Shown piece by piece: positions 1-13,982 of a DNA stretch of 56,346 nucleotides. Under the pieces are notes generated by a model that was not told the origin of the DNA, did not search any database, and saw nothing but the letters and a program-made list of their open reading frames with translations. Numbering within the stretch: the stretch's first letter is position 1; each line of letters starts with the position of its first letter. The DNA lies in the NCBI GenBank assembly GCA_030696505.1, contig JAUYSD010000074.1, positions 1 to 56,346 of the forward strand, given 5' to 3'. Position numbers and translations under genes: made by a program. This DNA comes from Sulfuritalea sp. Its GTDB lineage: Bacteria; Pseudomonadota; Gammaproteobacteria; Burkholderiales; Rhodocyclaceae.

Positions 1-1295
1 CGACCGCGTCCGGCGATGCGCCGCTCGCCGAGCGCCTGCGGCCGGCCGCACTCGACGAGGTGATCGGTCAGCGGCAACTGCTCGGCGAGGGCAAGCCGCT
101 GCGGGCCGCGTTCGCGTCGGGCCGGCCGCATTCGATGATCCTCTGGGGCCCGCCGGGCACCGGCAAGACCACACTGGCGCGCCTGATGGCGCACGCCTTC
201 GATGCCCAGTTCATCGCGATCTCGGCGGTGCTCGGCGGCGTGAAGGACATCCGCGAGGCGATGCAGCAGGCCGAGCTCATGGCGCAGCAGGGCCGCCGCA
301 CCATCCTGTTCGTCGATGAAGTGCATCGCTTCAACAAGGCGCAGCAGGACGCCTTCCTGCCCTACGTCGAGCGCGGCACGGTGACCTTTATCGGCGCCAC
401 CACCGAGAACCCGTCCTTCGAGGTGAACTCCGCCTTGTTGTCGCGGGCCTCGGTGTATGTGCTGAAGAGCCTCGACGAAGCCGAACTGGGCGAACTGTTC
501 GATCGTGCGCGGACCCGGGCTCTCGATGAACTGGAATTCGAGCCGGACGCGCGCGACCGGCTGATCGGCTATGCCGACGGCGATGCGCGGCGTCTGCTCA
601 ACGTGCTGGAGCAGTTGCGTACGGCCGCCGCCACGGCCAAGCACCGTACCGTCAGCGCCAACTTTCTGGAACAGGCGCTGGCTGCCGACCTGCGGCGCTT
701 CGACAAGGGCGGCGACGCCTTCTACGACCAGATCTCGGCCCTGCACAAGTCGGTGCGCGGCTCCAATCCGGACGCTGCGCTGTACTGGTTGCTGCGCATG
801 CTCGACGGCGGCGCCGACCCGCTCTACATGGGGCGGCGCATCGTGCGCATGGCGATCGAGGACGTCGGCCTGGCCGATCCGCGCGCCTGGGAAATTGCGC
901 TCAACGCCTGCGCCACCTACGAGCGCCTGGGCAGTCCGGAAGGCGAGCTGGCGCTGGCCAATGCCGTGCTCTACATGGCCGTGGCGCCCAAGTCGAACGC
1001 GGCCTACGTCGCCTATAATGCCGCCCGCGCCTTCGTGGCCAAGGACAAGAGCCGCGGCGTGCCCGAGCACTTGCGCAATGCACCGACGAAACTGATGAAA
1101 GAGCTCGGCTACGGCGCCGAATACCGCTACGCCCATGATGAAGCTGAGGGCTATGCCGCCGGGGAAAGCTATCTGCCCGAAGGCATGCCTGCTGCGCAGT
1201 GGTATCAACCCGTGGCGCGCGGACTGGAACAGAAGATCGCCGAAAAACTTGCCCATCTGCGCGAACTCGACGCGCAGGCAAAAAAGAAACGATAA
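1..1295 (+). CDS. rarA: Replication-associated recombination protein A (AAA+ ATPase), 5' end before window
   Basis: Frame is open upstream of 60 (PLAERLRP motif); Walker A GPPGTGKT, DEVHRFNKAQQD, ISALHKSVRGS. Confidence 0.96.
   Translation, partial: TASGDAPLAERLRPAALDEVIGQRQLLGEGKPLRAAFASGRPHSMILWGPPGTGKTTLARLMAHAFDAQFIAISAVLGGVKDIREAMQQAELMAQQGRRTILFVDEVHRFNKAQQDAFLPYVERGTVTFIGATTENPSFEVNSALLSRASVYVLKSLDEAELGELFDRARTRALDELEFEPDARDRLIGYADGDARRLLNVLEQLRTAAATAKHRTVSANFLEQALAADLRRFDKGGDAFYDQISALHKSVRGSNPDAALYWLLRMLDGGADPLYMGRRIVRMAIEDVGLADPRAWEIALNACATYERLGSPEGELALANAVLYMAVAPKSNAAYVAYNAARAFVAKDKSRGVPEHLRNAPTKLMKELGYGAEYRYAHDEAEGYAAGESYLPEGMPAAQWYQPVARGLEQKIAEKLAHLRELDAQAKKKR
642..668 (+). repeat. 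Dispersed 24-bp motif copy 1 (in rarA)
   Basis: CACCGTACCGTCAGCGCCAACTTT; 2 mismatches to consensus. Confidence 0.75.
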
Positions 1296-3936
<2,641 letters not shown>

Positions 3937-3957
3937 TGCTTTCCCTCCGTGCGTGCA

Positions 3958-3997
3958 GTGACCGACGGCCGCTTCGCGGGTATAATCCGCGCCTCGC
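3958..3997 (+). promoter_or_regulatory. Sigma70 promoter of tRNA-Ser
   Basis: GTGACC-17 bp-TATAAT (3981-3986) followed by GC-rich discriminator. Confidence 0.75.
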
Positions 3998-4087
3998 GGA
4001 GAGGTGGCAGAGTGGTCGAATGTACCTGACTCGAAATCAGGCGATGTCGCAAGGCATCCGTGGGTTCGAATCCCACCCTCTCCGCCA
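3998..4087 (+). tRNA. tRNA-Ser(CGA)
   Basis: GGAGAGG...CCTCTCC acceptor stem plus GCCA, anticodon arm CCTGA-CTCGAAA-TCAGG, long variable arm, GTTCGAATC T-loop. Confidence 0.97.
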
Positions 4088-4127
4088 CCCGATTCTACCT
4101 GCTCAAAATCCTCAGTTTATTTCGCAA

Positions 4128-6380
<2,253 letters not shown>

Positions 6381-6390
6381 GGTGCCGGGT

Positions 6391-6966
6391 TCAGGCCGCG
6401 CGCACGCGGCTTTGGGACGGCACGTGGCGGGCGAGGAAGTCCATCTGATCGGCGAGGATGTTGCGGTTGCTGAGGATCAGGTACTCGGCCTTGTTCGGCA
6501 CGTAGGGTGCGTAGACCAGTTCCATGCGCGCCTGTTCGGGAGTGCGTCCGCTCTTGGTCTGGTTGCAGTTGCGGCAGGCGGTGACGACGTTCATCCAGCT
6601 GTCGCGGCCGCCTTGCGAAACCGGCAGGATATGGTCGCGGGTCAGCCGCTGCGAGGAGAACTCGCGGGCGCAGTAGGCGCAGATGTGGCGGTCGCGGTGG
6701 AACAGTTCGCGGTTCGACAGCGGCGGCGTCGGATGCAGGGACTTGCCCGAGAGGGCCTTGCCGCGTATCGCGATGATGCTGCTGGTGGCCAGCTCGGAGC
6801 GTTCGCCGGTGACGCGGTTGGTGCCGCCGTAGAAAATGAAATGAGTATCGCCGGCATCCCACGCGACCAGATCGCGCGCCACATAAATGCAGGCATGCTG
6901 CCAGCTCACCCAGCGGTGCGGCACACCGTGTTGGTCGAGGGTAAGGATCAGCGGATGGCTACTCAT
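6391..6966 (-). CDS. HNH endonuclease family protein
   Basis: [32 protein letters not shown]; likely start at MSSHPL. Confidence 0.9.
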   Translation of the reverse strand: MSSHPLILTLDQHGVPHRWVSWQHACIYVARDLVAWDAGDTHFIFYGGTNRVTGERSELATSSIIAIRGKALSGKSLHPTPPLSNRELFHRDRHICAYCAREFSSQRLTRDHILPVSQGGRDSWMNVVTACRNCNQTKSGRTPEQARMELVYAPYVPNKAEYLILSNRNILADQMDFLARHVPSQSRVRAA

Positions 6967-7007
6967 CTCTATAGAATCCTGTATTGGCAAGAATTTAGCA
7001 GAGCGCA

Positions 7008-7760
7008 ATGACTTTTCATAGTCCGGAGTTGAAGGGATCAACAAGACGACGGCTGCTCTATTCCATCGCTGCTTCGTTGCTGCTGCACCTGCTGTTACTC
7101 TGGCCGGCCAGTCCAAGCCTCATGACGCAGGATACGCCTTCTCAACTGCAGGCTTCGCTGCGCCAGTTGCCGCACCCACTGCCCGCGTCGGTGTCGTCCG
7201 GGCTTTCAGCCAAACCGCCGCAGCGCGCCGTGGCGCCAGCACCAACTCTTGCACCGCCTGCATACAAACCTGCACCCAACCCCTTAGAGCGGCCAGCGCC
7301 TGCTTCGGTTCCGCGTTCCTCCGCGCTATCGCCTGTTCCGGATTCGAAGCCGATGTCCGGCGCGGCGCCGTCTTCCGTCCAGGCTGTTGCAACTGCGGCA
7401 CCTGCTGCGGCAGCGGCCGGCGCTTCCCCGCTGACCGAGGCCGGTGCCTCCGCCGAGGTGCTTGATGGTTTGCGTGGCTATCGGCTCGCGGTGGCGACCC
7501 AGGCGCGCCGCTACAAGCGCTACCCGACGCAGGCGATGGCTTCCGGTTGGGCGGGCAGCGCCGACATCCGCGTCGAGGTCGGCCGCGACGGTCGGCCGCG
7601 CGCCGCCACCGTGGCCCGTTCCAGCGGCCATGAGGCGCTGGATCAGGCGGCGCTGGCCATGATCGATGCCGGCGCCTTGCGCGCGCACGTGCCGGACAGC
7701 TTGCGCGGCCAGGCCTTCGCGGTGGTGCTGCCGGTGGTCTTCAACCTCGAGGAGCAGTAG
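7008..7760 (+). CDS. TonB family energy transducer-like protein
   Basis: N-terminal TM with SLLLH, Pro/Ala linker, C-terminal YP...SSG-ALD-AA...PVVF TonB_C pattern. Confidence 0.85.
   Translation: MTFHSPELKGSTRRRLLYSIAASLLLHLLLLWPASPSLMTQDTPSQLQASLRQLPHPLPASVSSGLSAKPPQRAVAPAPTLAPPAYKPAPNPLERPAPASVPRSSALSPVPDSKPMSGAAPSSVQAVATAAPAAAAAGASPLTEAGASAEVLDGLRGYRLAVATQARRYKRYPTQAMASGWAGSADIRVEVGRDGRPRAATVARSSGHEALDQAALAMIDAGALRAHVPDSLRGQAFAVVLPVVFNLEEQ
7226..7252 (+). repeat. Dispersed 24-bp motif copy 4 (in TonB linker)
   Basis: CGCCGTGGCGCCAGCACCAACTCT; 1 mismatch. Confidence 0.85.
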
Positions 7761-7768
7761 CCGCGTCT

Positions 7769-8323
7769 TCAGCGCGGCGGCGGGGCGGTCAGGTCCTCGG
7801 TATGGAAACCGAACTCTCCGGCGCGGCGATCGGCGAAGTAGTGTCTGAGGGTGATGGCAATGGTGCGAAAGGCGATGTCGTCCCAGGGAATTTCGTCCTC
7901 GCGGAACAGCCGCAGTTCGAGGGTTTCCACGCCGGCGGCGAAGTCGAGATCCAGCAGCTGCGAACGGTAGATGACATGCACCTGGTGTATGTGCGGCACG
8001 CTGATCAGGGTGTACATCTCACCCAGTTCGATGCGGGCGCAGGCTTCTTCCAGGGTCTCGCGCATGGCCGCGGCGGCGACGGTTTCGCCGTTCTCCATGA
8101 AGCCGGCCGGCAAGGTCCATTTGCCGTGGCGCGGCTCGATGGCGCGGCGGCAGAGCAGGATGCGGTCTTCCCATTCGGGCAGCGCTCCCACCACCAGACG
8201 CGGGTTGCGGTAATGAATCGCCCCGCAGGCATCGCAGACATGGCGCGGCAGGGAATCGCCGACGGGTACGCGCAGCGTGACGGGTGCGCCGCAGGCGCTG
8301 CAAAAGTTCATGGCCGGGTCCAT
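7769..8323 (-). CDS. NUDIX hydrolase with N-terminal zinc ribbon
   Basis: FCSACG...CDACG and Nudix box GFMENGET-AAAMRETLEEA; true start may be 8311. Confidence 0.92.
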   Translation of the reverse strand: MDPAMNFCSACGAPVTLRVPVGDSLPRHVCDACGAIHYRNPRLVVGALPEWEDRILLCRRAIEPRHGKWTLPAGFMENGETVAAAAMRETLEEACARIELGEMYTLISVPHIHQVHVIYRSQLLDLDFAAGVETLELRLFREDEIPWDDIAFRTIAITLRHYFADRRAGEFGFHTEDLTAPPPR

Positions 8324-8396
8324 GAACTTATTCTAGCCTGCGAAATGCTCCTTTCGGCGTTGCTCGCGGCGACGAAATGGTGATATAAGCCAGCCA

Positions 8397-10373
8397 ATGG
8401 CAAGCGAAAAAACCCATTCCGAGTTGGACTTTACCGGACGCACCCGGCTTGAGGAAATCAAGGCCATGGAGGCCTACCCGCTGCCCAAGGGCGCGGCTCT
8501 GGCACTGGTTCGCCTGACCCAAAGGGAATCCACCTCGCTGGCGGTGCTGGCCCATGCCATCAAGGCCGATCCGGTGTTCTCGGTGCAGGTAATCAAGGTT
8601 GCCAATGGCGTTGGGGGGGCGGACCACGGCCCGGTGATTTCGCTGCGCGATGCGGTGAACGTGCTGGGCGTGCCGGCGGTGCGGGCGCTGGCTACCGGGT
8701 TCTCGCTGCTGGCCAACTATCGAAGCGGCCTGTGTCGCAACTTCGACTACCCGCGCTACTGGTCGCAGGCGCTGGTGCGGGCACTGACGCTGCAGTTGCT
8801 GGCGGCGCCGTGCGACGGCTGCCCGCCGGCGGATGCGTTCAGTGCCGGCTTGCTGGCGCGCAGCGGCGAGCTGGTGCTGGCCAGTGTGTTTCCGCAGCAG
8901 TATTCGGACCTGCTGCAGCGCCGGCGCGTGGCGCTCGACGCGCGTTTGGCGGATCTCGAACTTGAGGCGTTCGCCATCACGCATGCGACGATCGCGGCGT
9001 CGATGATGCAGGATTGCGGCCTGCCCGTGGTGTACATCGCGGCAGTCGATGGCTTCGACCTGCCCGAGTCGCAGGCTTATCCGGAAGGCTCCGGATCCTA
9101 CAATGCCAGGAACATGCTCGCGCTGGCCGATCTCATCGCGGATATCTGCGTTGCGCCGCCGGGCCAGTGGCGTGCGCTGATGCCCGGGCTGTTTCAACTC
9201 GGCGCGCGACTTTCGCTCAAGGGCGAGGCGCTGATCGCGCAGTGCGACCGGATCGCCCACGAATGGCGCGAGTGGGGCGGCTTGCTCGGCGTCGAAACCG
9301 GCCCGGCACCGCACTTCGAGGAATCGTCCGGGCTTCAGCAGCCCGCGCCGACGCCGGTTGCGCCGGCTGCGCCCGCCGTCGCCGGGACCGCCGCCGATCG
9401 CATGTGCATCCTGGTGGTGGGCGACCAGGCACGAGTCCGCAATCCGCTTTGCGGCGCCTTGACCACGGCCGGGCATCAGGTGTTCGAGGCGGCCGATGGC
9501 CGTCAGGGTCTGGCCATGGCCGTCGAATTGCAGCCGCAGATCATGCTGGTCGACGCGCACGCGGCGGAACTCGACGGCCACGAACTGACCCGCACCCTGC
9601 GCCAGTTCAAGGCCGGGCGCAGCATCTACGTCATGGTTCTCGCCGCCCGCGACGACGACACGGAACTGGTGCGGGCCTTCGAGGCCGGCGCCGACGATTT
9701 CCTGTGCCTGCCGGTGCCGCCGCGAGTGCTGGCCGCGCGCTTGCGCGCCGGTCAGCGCGTGGCCAGGCTGCAGGAGGAACTTGCGCGCGAGCAGGAGGAA
9801 ATCCGGCGTATTTCCGCTGAGCTGTCGGTGAGCAACCAGCAGTTGCAGGACGTGGGCATGACCGACCTGCTGACCGGCTGCCCCAATCGGCGCTGCGCCA
9901 TGGACCGGATCCAGCAGGAATGGGCGATGGCGACGCGCAGCCAGCGGCCGCTGGCGTGCATGGTGGTCGACATCGACAACCTCAAACAGGTCAATGACAG
10001 CCACGGCCATGTCGCCGGCGACATGGTTCTCAAACTCGTGGCCAGCGCCTTCAAGGACGAGATGCGGGCGCAGGACGTGCTGGCGCGCAGCGGCGGCGAC
10101 GAATTCCTGGTGATCTGTCCCGATACCACGCTGCAGGCGGCGATGGCTTGCGCCGAGCGCATGCGCGCCGCGGCCGCGAACTTGCCGATAGTCGGCGGTG
10201 CGCAAACCTCGCGCGGCAGCGTCAGCATCGGCGTCGCCGTGCGCGATGCGTCGGTGGCGGACCCGGATGCCCTGATCCGGCTGGCGGACCAGGGCGCCTA
10301 TCTCGCCAAGCGCAGCCGCAATACCGTGGCGACCGTGCAGTCGAATCCGGTTCTCTCGCTGCGCCCGGTTTAG
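8397..10373 (+). CDS. HDOD-REC-GGDEF diguanylate cyclase
   Basis: HDOD (ADPVFS-QVIKVAN), degenerate REC, DIDNLKQVNDSHGH, RAQD I-site, GGDEF. Confidence 0.88.
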   Translation: MASEKTHSELDFTGRTRLEEIKAMEAYPLPKGAALALVRLTQRESTSLAVLAHAIKADPVFSVQVIKVANGVGGADHGPVISLRDAVNVLGVPAVRALATGFSLLANYRSGLCRNFDYPRYWSQALVRALTLQLLAAPCDGCPPADAFSAGLLARSGELVLASVFPQQYSDLLQRRRVALDARLADLELEAFAITHATIAASMMQDCGLPVVYIAAVDGFDLPESQAYPEGSGSYNARNMLALADLIADICVAPPGQWRALMPGLFQLGARLSLKGEALIAQCDRIAHEWREWGGLLGVETGPAPHFEESSGLQQPAPTPVAPAAPAVAGTAADRMCILVVGDQARVRNPLCGALTTAGHQVFEAADGRQGLAMAVELQPQIMLVDAHAAELDGHELTRTLRQFKAGRSIYVMVLAARDDDTELVRAFEAGADDFLCLPVPPRVLAARLRAGQRVARLQEELAREQEEIRRISAELSVSNQQLQDVGMTDLLTGCPNRRCAMDRIQQEWAMATRSQRPLACMVVDIDNLKQVNDSHGHVAGDMVLKLVASAFKDEMRAQDVLARSGGDEFLVICPDTTLQAAMACAERMRAAAANLPIVGGAQTSRGSVSIGVAVRDASVADPDALIRLADQGAYLAKRSRNTVATVQSNPVLSLRPV

Positions 10374-10636
10374 TCGGCGGGACCGAGTGCCGTGTTTTTG
10401 GCGGAGTTCGGAGCAGGGGAAATCCAGTGGCAGCGCGGGGGTGCGCTGAAAATAACTAAATAAACAAACGGATATGGCTATTTTGTAATGTTTTCTCTTA
10501 CAAAGCTGCTGTATCTAATTCTTACAATAGAATGGTTTTTCCACTGATTTCTTTCTTGTCATGGCCTGTGTGATCATGCATCTGCCGTGATTCGGGCTCC
10601 AATTCGGGCCTGGCCGGCGCTCACAAGGAGTGCAAG

Positions 10637-10954
10637 ATGAAATCGACCGACACCTACAACGACATAAAGGAAGTCAATCTCTCCTACCTGATGCTGGCGC
10701 AGAACATGGTTCGCTCCGATCGCGAGGCGGCCATTTTCCGTCTGGGCATCAGTCAAGAGATTGCCGATGTGCTGGGGCGCCTGACGCCGGGCCAGGTTCT
10801 CAAGATGGCCAGTTCCGACATGCTGCTGTGCAGCTTCCGCTTCGACGACACCCTGTTGCTCGACCTGCTCGCCAACCACGAGCGCGATCGCGGCGTGGGT
10901 CACCTGCATGCGGCGATCCTCGCCGCCGGGCGGCCCGTCGCAACCCTTGCCTGA
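10637..10954 (+). CDS. flhD: Flagellar master regulator FlhD
   Basis: NLSYLMLAQ, AIFRLGIS, CSFRF motifs; upstream of flhC. Confidence 0.95.
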   Translation: MKSTDTYNDIKEVNLSYLMLAQNMVRSDREAAIFRLGISQEIADVLGRLTPGQVLKMASSDMLLCSFRFDDTLLLDLLANHERDRGVGHLHAAILAAGRPVATLA

Positions 10955-10999
10955 CAAGGCCGTCGTTAAAACTCAAGCGTCACGCTGCGGAGAATCACC

Positions 11000-11554
11000 A
11001 TGCGCAACAAATCGGTCATCATAGAAGCGAAGGACATCGGCCTGGCGATCGAGTTGATTGAACTCGGCGCCCGCCTGCAACTGCTGGAGGCGGAAACCAA
11101 CCTGTCGCGCGAGCGTCTGCTCAAGCTGTACAAGGAAGTCCGCCACGAGTCGCCGCCCAAGGGCATGCTGCCCTTTTCGACCGACTGGTTCATGACCTGG
11201 CAGCCGAATATCCATGCTTCGCTGTTCATGGCCTACTACCGCTTCCTGAAGTCGCATACGCAGCTGACCGGGCTGGAGCTGATCATCAAGTCCTATCGGA
11301 TGTATCTGGACCAGGTCAAGCGCGGCGGCCTCGATACCGTGCTGTCGCTGACACGGGCCTGGACCATGGTGCGCTTCTTCGATGCCAGCATGCTGCAGAT
11401 GGCCACTTGTCGCGAGTGCGGCGGCGACTTCGTCGCCCATGCCTACGATCCGACGCGCGGCTATGTCTGCGGCCTGTGCCACATGCCGGCGCGCGCCGGC
11501 AAGACCCGGCGTGCCGCGGAAGCCGCGGCCAGCGCCGCGCTCGCCGCCGTCTAG
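11000..11554 (+). CDS. flhC: Flagellar master regulator FlhC
   Basis: LGARLQ, SPPKGMLPFSTDWF, LTRAWT, CxxC...CxxC zinc site. Confidence 0.97.
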   Translation: MRNKSVIIEAKDIGLAIELIELGARLQLLEAETNLSRERLLKLYKEVRHESPPKGMLPFSTDWFMTWQPNIHASLFMAYYRFLKSHTQLTGLELIIKSYRMYLDQVKRGGLDTVLSLTRAWTMVRFFDASMLQMATCRECGGDFVAHAYDPTRGYVCGLCHMPARAGKTRRAAEAAASAALAAV

Positions 11555-11581
11555 CGACTCGCTGTTCCGCCCGCAGGTTCG

Positions 11582-11619
11582 CGCGCTCCCCGGCTTGCCG
11601 GCGGAGCGCGTTTTATTTT
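11582..11619 (+). terminator. Rho-independent terminator after flhC
   Basis: CGCGCTCC-CCGG-CTTG-CCGG-C-GGAGCGCG followed by TTTTATTTT. Confidence 0.8.
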
Positions 11620-11641
11620 GTGCCGCCCCGCCTTGCCAGAA

Positions 11642-11683
11642 CGGCGTGTCGCCAGCGGCAACTATGTCACCAGCGTCGACTTT
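11642..11683 (+). repeat. Dispersed 24-bp motif copy 5 plus degenerate tandem partial copy (flhC-rdgC intergenic)
   Basis: CGGCGTGTCGCCAGCGGCAACTAT (3 mismatches) then TGTCACCAGCGTCGACTTT at 18-bp period. Confidence 0.7.
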
Positions 11684-11751
11684 GCCCCGGCGCCGGTTTG
11701 TCGCGTCGACGATGATTAGAATGTGCGTCTTTCAACACACGTCCTCCCGCC

Positions 11752-12651
11752 ATGTGGTTTCGCAATCTCCAGATTTTCCGCCTCACTCCCGACTGGGCCT
11801 ATAGCACCGACGCGCTGGCGGCAGCCCTGCAGAAGGGGCTCTTCCAGGGCTGCGGCGCCACCGACCGGGTGGCGCGCGGTTGGGTGCCGCCGCGCGGCGA
11901 AGAGGGCGCGCTGGTGTTCAGCGTGGAGCGCCAGCAGCTGATCGCCCTCGGCGTCGAACAGAAATTGCTGCCGGCCTCGGTGGTGCGCCAGTATGCCCAG
12001 GCCAAGCTGGCCGAAATCGAGGCGGCGCAGGGCTACAAGCCGGGGCGCAAGCAGGCGCGCGAAGTCGTCGAGCAACTGGAGATCGAACTGCTGCCACGCG
12101 CCTTCGTCAAACGCGGACTCACTTATGTCTGGATTGATCCGGTCAACCGCTGGCTGCTGGTCGACGCGTCATCCAGCACCCGCGCCGACGAAGTCATGGA
12201 GCACCTGAAACTGTCGCTCGGCGAATTGCCGGTGACCCTGGTCAAGACGCAACTGGCGCCGGCCACCGCGATGACGCAGTGGCTCGCGGCGGGCCACGCC
12301 CCGGGCAGCTTCAGCATCGACCGCGACTGCGAACTGTGCGCGGCGGCCGAGGAGCGCGCGGCAGTGCGCTACGTACGCCATAACCTGGACAGCGAGGAGG
12401 TACGCAGCCACATTGCCGGCGGCAAGTCGGCGACGCGCCTGGCGCTGACCTGGAACGACCGGGTTTCCTTCGTGCTGACCGAGCAGTTGCAGATCAAGAA
12501 GCTGGCCTTCCTCGACATGCTCAAGGAAGATGCCGAGCGTCAGTCGGAGAACGCCGACGACCTGTTCGCCGCCGATTTCGCGCTGATGAGCGGCGAACTG
12601 GCGCAACTGCTCGGCCATCTGCTCGAAGTGCTGGGCGGCGAAGGCGAGTAA
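11752..12651 (+). CDS. rdgC: Recombination-associated protein RdgC
   Basis: MWFRNLQIFRL, GWVPP, KLLPASVV, LLPRAF, DFALMSGEL. Confidence 0.96.
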   Translation: MWFRNLQIFRLTPDWAYSTDALAAALQKGLFQGCGATDRVARGWVPPRGEEGALVFSVERQQLIALGVEQKLLPASVVRQYAQAKLAEIEAAQGYKPGRKQAREVVEQLEIELLPRAFVKRGLTYVWIDPVNRWLLVDASSSTRADEVMEHLKLSLGELPVTLVKTQLAPATAMTQWLAAGHAPGSFSIDRDCELCAAAEERAAVRYVRHNLDSEEVRSHIAGGKSATRLALTWNDRVSFVLTEQLQIKKLAFLDMLKEDAERQSENADDLFAADFALMSGELAQLLGHLLEVLGGEGE

Positions 12652-12655
12652 ATCG

Positions 12656-13450
12656 ATGCTGCGCACGCTGATCGCTTTGCTGGCGCTCGCGGCGGGCCTG
12701 CCGGCGCTGGCGGACGGCGTCGAGGTCGGCAAGCCATCGGCGATGGCCAATCTGGTGCCGGCCGCCACGGTGGAAAAGCAGGCGGCGCAGCAATACGGCG
12801 AGCTCAAGCGCCAGGCAGCCGCCAAGCGCGCGCTGGGGCCGGACGACCATCCGCAGGTGAAGCGGCTGCGGGCGATCGCCGCGCGCATGATTCCCCTGGT
12901 CGATCGCTACAACCCGCGGGCGCGGCAGTGGCAATGGGAAATCAACCTGATCGGCTCCAAGCAGATCAATGCCTTCTGCATGCCTGGCGGCAAGATCGCC
13001 TTCTACAGCGGGATCCTCGATCAGCTCAAGCTGACCGACGACGAGGTGGCGATGGTCATGGGCCACGAGATCGCCCACGCCCTGCGCGAACATGCGCGCG
13101 AACGCATTGCCAAGAGCCAACTGACCCAGCTCGGCGCCAGCCTGCTCGGCGAACTGGTCGGTGGCGGACGCTATAGCGGCGCATTCCAACTCGGTGGCAA
13201 TCTGCTGTCCCTGAAGTTTTCGCGCGATGACGAATCCGAAGCCGACGTGGTCGGGCTCGATCTGGCGGCCCGCGCCGGTTTCGATCCGCGCGCCGCGGTC
13301 AGTCTGTGGCAGAAGATGGCGGCCGCCAACAGCCGCGCGCCGCTGGAATTCCTGTCAACCCACCCGGCGGGCGACAGTCGCATCAAGGACATCGAGCAGC
13401 AGTTGCCGCAGGTGATGCCGCTCTACGAAAAGGCGAAGCGCAGCCGCTGA
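12656..13450 (+). CDS. M48 family metallopeptidase
   Basis: NAFCMPGGK, HEIAH, FSRDDESEAD, LSTHP; signal peptide. Confidence 0.93.
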   Translation: MLRTLIALLALAAGLPALADGVEVGKPSAMANLVPAATVEKQAAQQYGELKRQAAAKRALGPDDHPQVKRLRAIAARMIPLVDRYNPRARQWQWEINLIGSKQINAFCMPGGKIAFYSGILDQLKLTDDEVAMVMGHEIAHALREHARERIAKSQLTQLGASLLGELVGGGRYSGAFQLGGNLLSLKFSRDDESEADVVGLDLAARAGFDPRAAVSLWQKMAAANSRAPLEFLSTHPAGDSRIKDIEQQLPQVMPLYEKAKRSR

Positions 13451-13468
13451 GCGGAGTTCGCGCCGGGC

Positions 13469-13828
13469 TCAGGCGCCACAACCGCCGGCGGCGGCCTCGC
13501 CGGTTTCGGTGTTGCGGGCCTGCGGGGGATCGTGGCGACGCTCACCGCTGAGGAATTGGCACACTCTTTCCATCCAGGGTTCGGTATGGCGACGCACTTC
13601 GGCATCGTCGTCGAGGATGCGCTGGATCAGGCTGTGCTTGCGCGCCAGATCGGCGGCCAGTGACTCGCTGCCTTCGGGCGCGGTCGTCAGGGTGTCGCGC
13701 AGGCAACTGGCGTCGCGTTCGAGTTCGGTCAGCCGGTCCCAGTCGCGCGCGCGCACCGCTGCGACCATGCTGGACGACAGCAGGCTCATTTGTTCGTAGA
13801 GTTCAACTTGGCTAGGCATCCAGCGCAT
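13469..13828 (-). CDS. fliT: Flagellar protein FliT
   Basis: YEQM-S-M-AA--DWD-L-LE, IQRILDDDAEVR-TEPW pattern. Confidence 0.82.
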   Translation of the reverse strand: MRWMPSQVELYEQMSLLSSSMVAAVRARDWDRLTELERDASCLRDTLTTAPEGSESLAADLARKHSLIQRILDDDAEVRRHTEPWMERVCQFLSGERRHDPPQARNTETGEAAAGGCGA

Positions 13829-13982
13829 GCTAGCGATCCTGCTGCCGCGGTATTGCGCAAAGCTGCGGCGGGATATTTGCCCTATTCCTTCCGGCCCGGC
13901 CGAATTTCCCCGGAGCGGGTGCTTAGCGTCGGAATTGAGGCGAAATCGCCTCTCAAATCGATATCAGGCGCGGTCGCCCGCT

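Noticed and set aside
6391-6966. HNH gene as a defence or homing system
   Set aside because: Host-like codon use, apparently operonic with ygiQ, no methylase, intron or mobile context.
10374-10636. c-di-GMP riboswitch before flhD
   Set aside because: No recognisable GEMM motif.
13830-13980. Sigma28 promoter for fliT
   Set aside because: No convincing TAAA-N15-GCCGATAA match.
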